A stretch of DNA of 64,000 bases from Hyphomicrobium sp. (lineage in GTDB: Bacteria; Pseudomonadota; Alphaproteobacteria; Rhizobiales; Hyphomicrobiaceae): the NCBI RefSeq assembly GCF_009026145.1, contig NZ_WBUE01000011.1, positions 40,118 through 104,117 on the forward strand. Reading direction: 5' to 3'. The notes below the pieces were generated by a model that worked only from the letters and a program-made list of their open reading frames with translations, searched no databases and was not told the origin of the DNA. The position numbers and the translations under genes are program-made. This document shows positions 32,482-42,610 of the stretch, piece by piece. Position 1 is the first letter of the stretch; every line of letters starts with the position of its first letter.

Positions 32482-32901
32482 TCAGCGGCGCGAGAGGCTG
32501 AGCTGCGCGGCGGTGCCGTCGCCCGACAGGCTCACGCTCTGGCTCTTGCCGTGCACGGTTACGCGGATGGATCCGCGCACGTTGTACTCGCTATTGAAGA
32601 AGCTGCCCTTATAGGAGTTGCCTCCCGCCTTGTAGACCTTGGCGGTCTGCGAGGCCTTGCCCGACGCCGTGGCGCAGGTCGCGGTCACCGTGTAGCTGCC
32701 GCCGCCGCCGGAATAGCGGGCATGGCAGCGCGCCTTCTCCTTCGAGCCGCTGGCGAACGAAACCCACCCGCCGCCGCTCCACGACCCAGCCAGCCCGCCC
32801 GGCTCGGCTGCGCTCGGACCGATGATGCCGACGACGGGGATGGCAGCGAGCGACAGCATGCCTGCGCGGCGCGCCAAGCGATTGAGGATCTGCATGTTCA
32901 T
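32482..32901 (-). CDS. Hypothetical secreted beta-rich protein
   Basis: Signal peptide; LAGSWSGGG..E.ARC.A.Y...C motif. Confidence 0.75.
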   Translation of the reverse strand: MNMQILNRLARRAGMLSLAAIPVVGIIGPSAAEPGGLAGSWSGGGWVSFASGSKEKARCHARYSGGGGSYTVTATCATASGKASQTAKVYKAGGNSYKGSFFNSEYNVRGSIRVTVHGKSQSVSLSGDGTAAQLSLSRR

Positions 32902-33208
32902 GACTGGACCTTGCGCAATGAGCCTGTGTCCAATGTGGACAGACTACACGAAATTGAATCTCGAGAGGAGAAGCGGTGTGTGCCGGGTACAGACAGTGAC
33001 GCAGAAACGTAACAAGTCGCTGAACGATCACGGTGCGCAGCTGCCTTGCCCCGTCGCTATATGGGTATCCTTCTTAACCTGCGAAAGGCCCGCTGTTCCT
33101 TGCGGAACAGTGCGCCGCGCAAGGCGCGAGTAACGATCTGCCATGCGCCGCTCGGCTGGGCGGCGATCCTTGCGGATGGCTAACGATCTCGCTCCAGGGG
33201 AGGCGAAA

Positions 33209-34219
33209 ATGCTGCGCGCCTGTTTTGTTTTGATTGGTGGAGTGTTGACGGGAGGTTTCCTCCTCGTCGCCTTGCTGGCGACGTCGGCGTCGGCGGGCAT
33301 GAGCCAGGATCTGGCGAGCTGCACCGCAGCAAGGGACCGGAGCGCCGCTGCGGCGTGCACGCGCGTTATGAATAGTGGTCGCCTGCCGCGCGAGCAGATG
33401 TACATCGGCCATTTCAATCGTGGCACCGCGTATCAGCGGGCGGGCGACTTCGCCAAGGCGATCAGTGATTTCACCAAGGTCCTGGAGCTGAAGCCGGACT
33501 TCCTGCGCGCCTACGAAGCGCGCGGCATGGTTCATGATGACCGGGGCGAGAAGGACATGGCCCTGGCCGACCTCGACGAGGCGGTGAAGCGCGACGGCAA
33601 GCAATGGCAGTTCCTCTATAGCCGCGCTGTGGTCCTTCGCGCCAACGGCGACCGAGAGGCTGCGCTGCGCGATTTAGACGCCGCCATCGATCTGAATCGG
33701 GATGCCGCCTTTATACCGCTGATGCGGGCGCTGATCCTTGCTGACCAGGGGTCGTATGAATCGGCGCGGGCCGAGATCAACCGCGTGCTGGCGGAGGGTC
33801 GCGATGATGCCGCGGCGCACTATGCGCGCGCCGCCGTCGCCTTTGCGGAAGGTCGCATCGATGCGGCCGAGGAGGACGCCGATCGGGCGCTGAAACTGCA
33901 TGCCGACTTCGCCGCCGCGCACATGCTGAAAGGGCGCATCCTCGAGGAGCGCGGCGACAAAACCGCGGCCCGCAAGCGCTTCGATAGGGCCCTCGCAGCA
34001 GCCACCGATTCCTTTGACGGGCGCACCACGCGGCGCGTCGCCAACGAGCGGCTGGCGGTACTCGGCAAGCTGGGCAACGACGGCAAGCCAGGCAAGGAAA
34101 AGCGCGACAACCTCGCCGCGGTTAGGGCCGAACCCAAGGCGGAACAGCGACGTCCGCTCGACTGCAAGGTATTCTTGCCGGCGACCGGCAGCGTCGTCAG
34201 CGCAAAGTGCAGCGAGTAG
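33209..34219 (+). CDS. Secreted tetratricopeptide repeat protein
   Basis: RBS GGGGAGG, signal peptide, repeated TPR units (NRGTAY..AGDFAKAISDFTKVLELKP), C-terminal C-x14-C. Confidence 0.85.
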   Translation: MLRACFVLIGGVLTGGFLLVALLATSASAGMSQDLASCTAARDRSAAAACTRVMNSGRLPREQMYIGHFNRGTAYQRAGDFAKAISDFTKVLELKPDFLRAYEARGMVHDDRGEKDMALADLDEAVKRDGKQWQFLYSRAVVLRANGDREAALRDLDAAIDLNRDAAFIPLMRALILADQGSYESARAEINRVLAEGRDDAAAHYARAAVAFAEGRIDAAEEDADRALKLHADFAAAHMLKGRILEERGDKTAARKRFDRALAAATDSFDGRTTRRVANERLAVLGKLGNDGKPGKEKRDNLAAVRAEPKAEQRRPLDCKVFLPATGSVVSAKCSE

Positions 34220-34222
34220 CTG

Positions 34223-35005
34223 TCAGAGATCGAGCTCGACCCACGCAGGCACGTGATCGGACGGCTTCTCCCACGCGCGCGTGAAGCGGTCGACGCCGGC
34301 GGCGACGAGCCGATCGGTCGCTTGCGGCGACAGCAGCAGGTGATCGATGCGGATGCCGTCGTCCTTCTGGAAGGCGCCCGCCTGATAGTCCCAGAACGTG
34401 TAGACGCCAGGTCCCGGATGGCATAGGCGAACTGCGTCGGTGAGCCCGTCGTTGAGGATGCAGCGATAGGCGGCGCGCGTTTCCGGCTGGAACAGAGCGT
34501 CGGAAGTCCACGCCGCAGGGCGCTTGGCATCGACCGGCTCGGGTATGACGTTGTAGTCGCCGGCCATGACGAACGGGATCTCCTCGGCCAGGAGCCGCCG
34601 GAAGTGCTCGCGCAGCCGGCCCAGCCAGGCGAGCTTGTAGGGAAACTTCTCGGTGGTGATGGGATTGCCGTTCGGCGCGTAGATCGAGGCGACCTTCACG
34701 ACGCCCGACGGCACCGAGATCACCGCCTCGATGAAACGCGACTGGTCGTCGGCATCATTGCCCGGCAGGCCAGTCTTCGCTTCCTCGAGCGGCTGCTTCG
34801 ACAGAATGGCGACGCCGTTGAAGCCCTTTTGCCCGTGCACGGCGCAGTGATAGCCGAGCTCATCGAAGACTTCGGAAGGAAAAGCTTCCGTCTGGCATTT
34901 GATCTCCTGCAGGCAGACGACGTCGGGGGAGGCCTGCCGCAGGTAGGCGAGCGCCGAGTCGAGGCGCGCCTTGACGCCATTGATGTTCCAGGTCGTTACC
35001 TTCAT
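34223..35005 (-). CDS. xth: Exodeoxyribonuclease III
   Basis: TWNING, LQEIK, GDYN, YTFWDY, RIDHLL, SDHVP. Confidence 0.95.
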   Translation of the reverse strand: MKVTTWNINGVKARLDSALAYLRQASPDVVCLQEIKCQTEAFPSEVFDELGYHCAVHGQKGFNGVAILSKQPLEEAKTGLPGNDADDQSRFIEAVISVPSGVVKVASIYAPNGNPITTEKFPYKLAWLGRLREHFRRLLAEEIPFVMAGDYNVIPEPVDAKRPAAWTSDALFQPETRAAYRCILNDGLTDAVRLCHPGPGVYTFWDYQAGAFQKDDGIRIDHLLLSPQATDRLVAAGVDRFTRAWEKPSDHVPAWVELDL

Positions 35006-35065
35006 GCCGGGAAGGCGTAGTCGAGAATCGTAGTCCTGGCCAGCATGGCTAGGAATCGCGGCGGC

Positions 35066-35395
35066 TTAAATAGAGAAGCTGGTGCCGCAGCCGCACGAGG
35101 CGGTGGCCTTGGGGTTGTTCACCCGGAAGGACGCGCCGATGAGATCGTCGACGAAATCAATCTCCGAGCCGGCGAGAAAGCCCAGCGAAACCTGATCGAT
35201 AACCACCTTGGCGCCGGCGCGCTCGAGCACCACGTCGTCGTCGGCCGCATCCGGCACGAGATCGAACTTGTATTGGAAGCCCGAGCAGCCACCGCCTTCA
35301 ACGCTGATACGCAGCGCCCGCGCTGCGCTCTCGCCGGCCACGATCTCCGCGATGCGCTTGGCGGCGCGCTCGGTGACGGTAATGGGTTCGCTCAT
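35066..35395 (-). CDS. erpA: Iron-sulfur cluster insertion protein ErpA
   Basis: GGGCSGFQY, NPKATASCGCGTSF. Confidence 0.92.
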   Translation of the reverse strand: MSEPITVTERAAKRIAEIVAGESAARALRISVEGGGCSGFQYKFDLVPDAADDDVVLERAGAKVVIDQVSLGFLAGSEIDFVDDLIGASFRVNNPKATASCGCGTSFSI

Positions 35396-35570
35396 ATTGG
35401 CCTCGGAGGCGGCTCCGACTCCTGCCCGGACTTGCAGCCGGCAGGAATCTGTTCCTTATCCAAGATAGGCGCGATGGTTGCCAAGTCAAAGCCCGTCAGG
35501 GCCTGTAGGATCCAGCACAGCTTTGAAACCAGCAGGCAACAAGAGCCTAGCCGCCGACTACGGGGCGGCC

Positions 35571-36743
35571 TTGGCACCGGGCGAGCGGGCGCCGGCAGCC
35601 TATTCGGCCGGCGCCGTGCCGAGCCGCGGGCGCTTCCACAGCGAGCCTGAATGTACGACGCGCAGCCCGTTCCAGCGTGACCGCGACCGCGTTCTGCACT
35701 CGACCGCCTTCCGGCGCCTCACCTACAAGACGCAGGTGTTCGTCTTTCACGAAGGTGACCACTACCGCACGCGCCTGACGCACTCGCTCGAGGTGGCGCA
35801 GATCGCCCGCACGCTCGCACGCCAACTGCGCCTCGACGAGGATCTCGCCGAGGCGCTCGCGCTGGCGCACGATCTCGGCCATCCGCCGTTCGGGCATGCC
35901 GGCGAGCGCGCCCTCGACAAGGCGATGCAGGGCTTCGGCGGTTTCGACCACAACGCGCAGAGCCTGCGTGTCGTCACCGCGCTGGAGCGCAAGTACGCGC
36001 AGTTCGATGGCCTGAACCTGACATGGGAGACGCTCGAGGGCCTCGCCAAGCACAATGGCCCGGTGGCGGATGGAAGCGCTGTTGCGAAAGTGGCGCGGCG
36101 TCTCGAGCGGTGGCGTAGCCTAGACCTCACGTCTTGGCCGGCGGCCGAAGCGCAGGTCGCCACCCTCGCCGACGACATCGCCTATGTGTCGCACGACATC
36201 GACGACGGGCTGCGCGCGCATCTCATCATTCTTGCCGATCTCGAAGGCCAGCCCCTATCCGGTCCGGCGATGACGCACGTCCGCGCCCGCGGCAGCCCTG
36301 ATGAGGGGCGTGCCGTGTATGAGCTGACGCGCCGGCTGATTACGCTGATGATCGCCGATCTCGTTGCCGAAACGCGCGCACGCCTCGCCGCCCTCGGTCC
36401 GCAATCGCCGGACGACATCCGCGCGGCCTCGCAGGCAACGGTTGCCTTTTCGCCCGCGCTGGCCACCGACATTGCGCGCCTCAAGGCCTTCCTGTTCGAG
36501 CGCGTCTACCGGCATGAGCGCGTCATGGGTGTGATGCGCGACGCCGAGCGCATCGTCGCCGACCTCTTCGCGCGCTACATGGCCGAGCCCGCCGCCATGG
36601 CGGAAGCCTGGTACGCCGCTTCCCGCCCCCTCGATGCGCACCGCCGCGCCCGCCTCATCGCCGACTTCGTCGCCGGTATGACCGATCGCTACGCCATCGC
36701 GGAGCACCGCCGGCTGTTTGACGCCACCCCCAATTTGCGTTAG
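35571..36743 (+). CDS. dgt: Deoxyguanosinetriphosphate triphosphohydrolase
   Basis: [38 protein letters not shown]. Start uncertain (35478-35571). Confidence 0.93.
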   Translation: MAPGERAPAAYSAGAVPSRGRFHSEPECTTRSPFQRDRDRVLHSTAFRRLTYKTQVFVFHEGDHYRTRLTHSLEVAQIARTLARQLRLDEDLAEALALAHDLGHPPFGHAGERALDKAMQGFGGFDHNAQSLRVVTALERKYAQFDGLNLTWETLEGLAKHNGPVADGSAVAKVARRLERWRSLDLTSWPAAEAQVATLADDIAYVSHDIDDGLRAHLIILADLEGQPLSGPAMTHVRARGSPDEGRAVYELTRRLITLMIADLVAETRARLAALGPQSPDDIRAASQATVAFSPALATDIARLKAFLFERVYRHERVMGVMRDAERIVADLFARYMAEPAAMAEAWYAASRPLDAHRRARLIADFVAGMTDRYAIAEHRRLFDATPNLR

Positions 36744-36789
36744 GGGGCCGCGACTTTTCTCATCGCTTCCAGCTCCCAGGATCGCCGCC

Positions 36790-38604
36790 GTGGACGTGTT
36801 CGTTGACATCGAAAGCCGCGTTGCGGCGGCGCTCGAAGCCTTGAAGGCCGAGGGCGCTCTGCCGGCCGATCTGCCGACGGCCGGCATAGAGGTCGAGACC
36901 CCGCGCGATCCGACCCATGGCGACCTCGCCACCAATGCCGCGATGGTGCTCGCCAAGCCGGCGCGCATGAAGCCGCGCGACATCGCCGAGAAGCTGCAGG
37001 CGAAGCTGTCGGGGGCCGATGGTATCGAGGCGGTGACGGTTGCCGGCCCCGGCTTCCTCAACCTGACGCTCAAGCCGGCGGTATGGCAGAGCCTGGTGCG
37101 CACCATCCTGCAAGAAGGCCAGGACTACGGGCGCTCGACGTCCGGCAAGGGCAAGACGGTCAATGTCGAGTATGTCTCCGCCAACCCGACCGGGCCGATG
37201 CATGTCGGGCACTGTCGGGGCGCCGTATTCGGCGATGCGCTCGCCAACCTGTTGGCTTTCGTGGGGTATGAGGTCACCCGCGAATACTACGTGAACGACG
37301 CCGGCGGCCAGGTGGACGTGCTCGCCCGCTCGGTGTTCCTGCGCTACCGCGAGGCGCTGGGCGACGATATCGGCGAAATTCCGGCTGGGCTCTATCCCGG
37401 CGACTACCTGAAGCCCGTCGGCGAGGCGTTGGCCGAGGAGCACGGGCGCTCGCTCATCGACATGCCTGAGGTACGGTGGCTCCCCATCGTGCGCAGGTTT
37501 GCGATCGACCGCATCATGCCGACGATCAAGGACGATCTCGCCGCGCTCAACATCAGGCACGACGTATTCTTCTCCGAAGCCTCGCTGACCGGCGACGGCG
37601 CCGACAAGGTCAAGGCGGCCATCGATGCGCTGCGCGCCAAGGGCCTCATCTACAAGGGACGGCTGCCGCGTCCGAAAGGGCACGACGACGAGGAGTGGGA
37701 GGACCGCGAGCAGACGCTGTTCAAGTCGAGCGAGTTCGGCGACGAGGCGGATCGTGCGCTGATGAAGTCGGACGGCAGCTACACCTACTTCGCCGGCGAC
37801 GTCGCCTATCACTACGACAAGCTGCTGCGCGGCTATAAGCACTTGATCAACGTCTTCGGCGCCGACCACATCGGCTATATCCCGCGCATGCTGGCGGTCG
37901 TTGCCGCCTTTGCCGGCGGCATTGTCGAGCGCGACGCCAAGGGCAAGATCAAATCCTGGCAAACGATTGGCGGCTCGAGCGATCTCGCCATCAAGGTCGT
38001 CAACCTCGTCAAGCTGTTCAAGGGAGGCGAGCCCTACAAGATGTCGAAGCGCGCCGGCACCTTCGTGACGCTGCGCGATGTCGTCGACGAGGTCGGGCGC
38101 GACCCCGTACGCTTTATGATGCTGTACCGCAAAGAGCTGGAGCCGCTCGACTTCGACCTCGCCAAGGTGGTGGAGCAGTCGAAGGACAACCCGGTCTTCT
38201 ACGTGCAGTATGCGCACGCGCGCGCCGCCTCGGTGTTCCGCAACGCGCAGGCGGTGTTCCCCGAGCTCAAGCCCGGCGGCCGCGCCGTGCGCGAGGCGGA
38301 TCTCTCCAAGCTGACGGACACAGGTGAGATCGAGCTGGTCAAGAAGCTGGCATACTTTCCGCGCCTCATCGCCGGCGCCGCGCGAGCCGAGGAGCCGCAC
38401 CGGGTCGCCTTCTACCTCTACGACCTTGCCTCCGCGCTGCACGCCCAGTGGACGCGAGGCAATGATTCGCCACATTTGCGATTTATTCAGGCAGAAGACG
38501 GGGTTATGACCGCGGCGCGGCTCGCACTAATCGCCGCTGTCCAACAGGTGATATCCTCGGGACTTTCAGTCCTTGGCGTCGAGGCCCCGGATGCTATGCG
38601 CTAG
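36790..38604 (+). CDS. argS: Arginine--tRNA ligase
   Basis: [36 protein letters not shown]. Confidence 0.96.
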   Translation: MDVFVDIESRVAAALEALKAEGALPADLPTAGIEVETPRDPTHGDLATNAAMVLAKPARMKPRDIAEKLQAKLSGADGIEAVTVAGPGFLNLTLKPAVWQSLVRTILQEGQDYGRSTSGKGKTVNVEYVSANPTGPMHVGHCRGAVFGDALANLLAFVGYEVTREYYVNDAGGQVDVLARSVFLRYREALGDDIGEIPAGLYPGDYLKPVGEALAEEHGRSLIDMPEVRWLPIVRRFAIDRIMPTIKDDLAALNIRHDVFFSEASLTGDGADKVKAAIDALRAKGLIYKGRLPRPKGHDDEEWEDREQTLFKSSEFGDEADRALMKSDGSYTYFAGDVAYHYDKLLRGYKHLINVFGADHIGYIPRMLAVVAAFAGGIVERDAKGKIKSWQTIGGSSDLAIKVVNLVKLFKGGEPYKMSKRAGTFVTLRDVVDEVGRDPVRFMMLYRKELEPLDFDLAKVVEQSKDNPVFYVQYAHARAASVFRNAQAVFPELKPGGRAVREADLSKLTDTGEIELVKKLAYFPRLIAGAARAEEPHRVAFYLYDLASALHAQWTRGNDSPHLRFIQAEDGVMTAARLALIAAVQQVISSGLSVLGVEAPDAMR

Positions 38605-38654
38605 ACTCCGATTCGACGCTTACGGCTGAAACAGCGCTTCGAGGGGTTCTCACG

Positions 38655-40367
38655 ATGACTCGCTCCCAAGGTGCCGCGAATAATGGATGGCCAGCGCAGC
38701 GCCGTCCTGCGGGGGAGCCCGATCCCCGTAGCGGTGGGCGCCCCGCGCAGCGACCCCAAGCCCCTCAATACGCTGCCCCAGCTCAGCAGAGCGCGGCTTA
38801 TCCGCAACAGGGCTATGGCGAGGCACAGGCACCGGCCCATGGCGCCCAGCAGGCTTACCACTATCCCCAGCAGCCGCAGTATGCCCCGCAGGCCCCCGCA
38901 CCGGCCGCGCCGCCGATCAATCGGCAGGGCCTAAGCAGCCTCGACAGCGCACGCAATGCGCAGCCGACCCACGATTTCGAGAACTTTCCACGCACCCAGC
39001 CGCCGCAGTATGCGCCGCAGCCGGCGCGCCAGTCGCCGCCGGCGCAGCGCGCTGTGTATGCGGTTCCGCCGACCGAGCAGGGCGCGGCGGGCTACCGCCA
39101 GCCTCCGGCCGCGGCCCCCCAGTATGCCCCCCGAGCAACCGCCCCTGCCTATGACCAGTGGCCGGCGGCGCCACCGGCGCAGGATCCTTACGGCCAGGAC
39201 CTGGGCGGCTACCTGCCGGGCGACACCGCATTTCCCGCCAACAGCAATCAGCCGCACATGGATCCTCTGCAGCAGGCCGACTGGGCGATGCCGGCGGCCG
39301 GCTATGGCGATCCTGCGCTCGAGCAGCAGGGCTACGGGCGCGGCCAGCTCGGCTATGACCAGCCGCACGGCGGGGCGTTAGAGCCGACCTACAACCAGGA
39401 CGACGCCGGCGCCTACGAAATCGAGGAGCCGCGTCGCGTCAGCTGGACCATGCGCATCGCCGGCGCCGTCGTCGTCGCCATAGGCCTCGGGTACGGCCTG
39501 GCGCAGGCCTACAAGGCGGTGCTCGGAGCGCCCCCCGACGCGGCACCGCCGGTCATTGCCAGCGATGCCTCGCCCGCCAAGGAAAGGCCGCTCGACCCCG
39601 GCGGCAAGCAGTTCTCGCACACCGACAGCAAGGTGCTCGGCCGGCTTGGCGATGGCGGTGCTTCGGGTAGCGAGGACAGCTCCGGCGGTCTGTCGGAGAC
39701 CGACACCAGCAGCAACGGCACACGCAAGGTGTCGACCCTTGTCGTCGGCCGCGACGGCTCGATTGCGCCGCCCGCCGCCACCGCGGAGCCGGCCTCGGCA
39801 CCGGCCGCCGAGGCAACGGTCTCGGTTCCTGGTCTCACCGTCGTCGATGCGTTCGGCAGCGCCGCCCAGGCCCCCCCGCAGCGGCCAGCCGAGCCGGCGC
39901 CGAAACAGGCCGAGGCCGAGCCGGTCGTCGTGAATTCGCCTGCAAAGCCGCGCGTCAACGTCAAATCGACCAAGGTCATTCCGGCGTCTACCGCCAGCAT
40001 CCCCGAAGAGGAGGCCGCTGCGGCGCCAGCCCCGAAGAAGCAGAAGGTGGCCGCCGCCACCCCGACGACGACCAACGAAGGCGCGACCAGCGCTACCGGT
40101 GCCAACGGGTATGTCGTCGTGCTCGCCTCGGTACCGGTCTCCGGCAACAGCCGTCTCGATGCGCTCAGGAAGTTCGCCGACATGCAGCAGCAGTACGGCA
40201 TCGTGCTGGCCAACAAGACGCCGGACGTGCGCGAGACGGTGCTGGCCGGCAAGGGCGCATACCACCGGCTCCTGGTCGGGCCGCCCGGCTCCCGCTCGCA
40301 GGCCAGCGAGCTATGCACGCAGCTCAAGGCCTCGGGCTACAAGGACTGCTGGGTTACCGCTTACTAA
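38655..40367 (+). CDS. SPOR domain membrane protein (FtsN-like)
   Basis: P/Q/Y-rich N-terminus, single TM helix, C-terminal SPOR (YHRLLVGP...A.ELC.QLKASG..C). Located between argS and nagZ. Confidence 0.85.
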   Translation: MTRSQGAANNGWPAQRRPAGEPDPRSGGRPAQRPQAPQYAAPAQQSAAYPQQGYGEAQAPAHGAQQAYHYPQQPQYAPQAPAPAAPPINRQGLSSLDSARNAQPTHDFENFPRTQPPQYAPQPARQSPPAQRAVYAVPPTEQGAAGYRQPPAAAPQYAPRATAPAYDQWPAAPPAQDPYGQDLGGYLPGDTAFPANSNQPHMDPLQQADWAMPAAGYGDPALEQQGYGRGQLGYDQPHGGALEPTYNQDDAGAYEIEEPRRVSWTMRIAGAVVVAIGLGYGLAQAYKAVLGAPPDAAPPVIASDASPAKERPLDPGGKQFSHTDSKVLGRLGDGGASGSEDSSGGLSETDTSSNGTRKVSTLVVGRDGSIAPPAATAEPASAPAAEATVSVPGLTVVDAFGSAAQAPPQRPAEPAPKQAEAEPVVVNSPAKPRVNVKSTKVIPASTASIPEEEAAAAPAPKKQKVAAATPTTTNEGATSATGANGYVVVLASVPVSGNSRLDALRKFADMQQQYGIVLANKTPDVRETVLAGKGAYHRLLVGPPGSRSQASELCTQLKASGYKDCWVTAY

Positions 40368-40447
40368 GCAGCCTTCCGGGGGCGCGCTCGACGGCCGCCC
40401 CCCGCGATGCTAGTTCGGGCCCGACCTGAATTTTCCTCGGATTGGTG

Positions 40448-41479
40448 ATGCGCACCGCTCTCATCGTCGGTGTCGCGGGCACGAAGCTGTCGCGCGACGA
40501 AGCAGCCTTTCTCAAGGAGGCGCGGCCGGCGGGCTTCATCCTCTTTGCCCGCAACCTCGCCGATCACGCGCAAATCCGCGCGCTCATCGCCGACGTGCGC
40601 GCCGCCGTTGGCGGCGACGATTTGCTCGTGCTCATCGACCAGGAGGGGGGCAGCGTGCAGCGCCTGCGCCCGCCCCTGGGGCGCGCGCTGCCGCCGGCGG
40701 CGGCATACGGCAGGCTCTATGCGCGCGATCGCGATGCAGCGGTAACGGCGGTCTTCGAGGTCACGCGCCTGCTGGCCGCCGACCTTTCCGCCCTCGGCAT
40801 CAATACCGACTGCGCTCCAGTGCTCGACGTGCCTGTGCCCGGCGCGCACGACATCATCGGCGATCGTGCTTACGGCCGTAGCGTCGATCAGGTTGTCGCG
40901 CTGGCCGAGGCGGTAGGTGATGCTTTCATTGCCGGCGGCGTGGTGCCGGTGATCAAGCACATCCCCGGTCACGGACGCGCCACCGCCGACAGCCATTTGG
41001 CGCTGCCCGTGGTTACCGAGGCGCGCGATGAGCTGGCGGTCACGGATTTCGCGCCCTTCAAGGCGCTGAACCGCATGCCGGCGGCGATGACGGCGCACGT
41101 CGTATTCCGCGACATCGACCCCGAGGCGCCGGCCAGCACCTCGCCGATCGTCACCCGCGACATCATCCGCGGCGCCATCGGCTTCGACGGCCTCTTGATG
41201 AGCGACGACCTCACCATGAAGGCGCTGTCGGGGCCGATGCGCGCCCGCGCCGAGGCGGTGATTGCGGCCGGCTCGGACCTTGCCCTCCACTGCAGCGGCG
41301 ATCTGCCGGAGATGCGCCAGGCGGCCGCCGGGTCGGGCGCGCTAGGGGGGCGCGCACGCGAGCGTTTTGACGCAGCCGTTAAGATAACCAAAGCCACGCG
41401 GCCGTTTGATTCCCATGCGGCCGAGGCGCAACTCGCCAAGGTCCTTGCATTTGCGGCCGGTAGTGCTGAATCAGTGTAA
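40448..41479 (+). CDS. nagZ: Beta-N-acetylhexosaminidase
   Basis: IDQEGG, KHIPGHG, DSH, MSDDL. Confidence 0.94.
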   Translation: MRTALIVGVAGTKLSRDEAAFLKEARPAGFILFARNLADHAQIRALIADVRAAVGGDDLLVLIDQEGGSVQRLRPPLGRALPPAAAYGRLYARDRDAAVTAVFEVTRLLAADLSALGINTDCAPVLDVPVPGAHDIIGDRAYGRSVDQVVALAEAVGDAFIAGGVVPVIKHIPGHGRATADSHLALPVVTEARDELAVTDFAPFKALNRMPAAMTAHVVFRDIDPEAPASTSPIVTRDIIRGAIGFDGLLMSDDLTMKALSGPMRARAEAVIAAGSDLALHCSGDLPEMRQAAAGSGALGGRARERFDAAVKITKATRPFDSHAAEAQLAKVLAFAAGSAESV

Positions 41480-41557
41480 ACTCAACACTATATGATTGCC
41501 GAATCAAACGCGGTGGTCGCTACCCGGCTGCCGCAGGGACACAGCCATTAGGACGCA

Positions 41558-42415
41558 ATGAGCGCCGAGCCGCAGGAAGCCAACGAGGCCGTTGCAGCAT
41601 GGGAGGAACCCGTCGTCGAAGCGCGCTTCGACGACGAGGATGCGCTGATCGTCGACGTGGCGGGCTACGAGGGGCCGCTCGACCTTCTGCTCGCGCTGGC
41701 GCGCACGCAAAAGGTCGACCTGTCGAAGATTTCCGTGCTGGCGCTCGCCGACCAGTACCTCGGCTTCATAGGCGAAGCGCAGAAGCTGCGCCTCGAGCTC
41801 GCCGCCGACTATCTCGTCATGGCGGCATGGCTGACCTACCTCAAATCGCGCCTGCTGCTGCCGCGCGAGACCGCGCATGGCGAGGGGGCGAGTGCCGAGG
41901 AGCTGGCACGCAGGCTGTCATTCCGCCTCATGCGCCTCGAAGCGATGCGGGAAGCCGCTGCGCAGCTGATGACGCGCATGCGCCTCGGCCGCGATGTATT
42001 CCAGCGCGGCATGCCGGAGGGTACGCGGACCATTCGCGAGACCGAGTTCACGGCGAAGATCTACGACCTGCTGCATGCCTACGCCGACCAGCGCCGCCGC
42101 ACCATCAAGGTTGGCCACGTCGTCAAGGTGCGCCCGGTGTGGTCGATCAAGGACGCGCGCATTCGCCTTGAGCGTCTGCTCGGCGAGGCGCCATCGCCCA
42201 CCGAGTGGCTCGCCTTCGAGCGCTGCATGCAGGAGCTGGCGAGTGCCCACGAGAACGGCAAGACGGTTATGGCCAGCTCGTTCGGTGCTACGCTCGAAAT
42301 GGCCCGTGAAGGACAGATCGAGCTGCGTCAGGAAGGTCCGTTCGAGCCCATTTACATGCGTCCTCGCCGATCCGACGCAGCCGAGCCTGCTGCAGACTGG
42401 CGGCTGGTGCGATGA
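41558..42415 (+). CDS. scpA: Segregation and condensation protein A
   Basis: YEGPLDLLL, AADYLVMAAWL.YLKS, F.ATLEMAREG.I.L.Q..PF.PIY. Confidence 0.93.
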   Translation: MSAEPQEANEAVAAWEEPVVEARFDDEDALIVDVAGYEGPLDLLLALARTQKVDLSKISVLALADQYLGFIGEAQKLRLELAADYLVMAAWLTYLKSRLLLPRETAHGEGASAEELARRLSFRLMRLEAMREAAAQLMTRMRLGRDVFQRGMPEGTRTIRETEFTAKIYDLLHAYADQRRRTIKVGHVVKVRPVWSIKDARIRLERLLGEAPSPTEWLAFERCMQELASAHENGKTVMASSFGATLEMAREGQIELRQEGPFEPIYMRPRRSDAAEPAADWRLVR

Positions 42416-42466
42416 TCGAGAAATTCGCCATCGTTAGCGGCGAGGTGTCGAGCGAATTTCTCGATC
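42414..42466. repeat. Inverted-repeat (MITE-like) element 1
   Basis: Perfect 15-bp arms GATCGAGAAATTCGC (42414-42428) and GCGAATTTCTCGATC (42452-42466). Confidence 0.75.
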
Positions 42467-42492
42467 TGAATCGCACTAGCAAGTCTAGGTTT

Positions 42493-42570
42493 CTAGTGTC
42501 CCTGATGATTCCGAAGTTCACTCTCGGTCCCAGCGGCGAAGTCAGGCGAACTTCGGAATCGGGACACTAG
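42493..42570. repeat. CTAG-bounded inverted-repeat (MITE-like) element 2
   Basis: CTAGTGTCCC(tgat)GATTCCGAAGTTC ... GAACTTCGGAATCGGGACACTAG. Confidence 0.8.
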
Positions 42571-42610
42571 TCGTCTAGTTGGTGAAACCCGTGTGCGTCC
42601 CGGACAGCCA

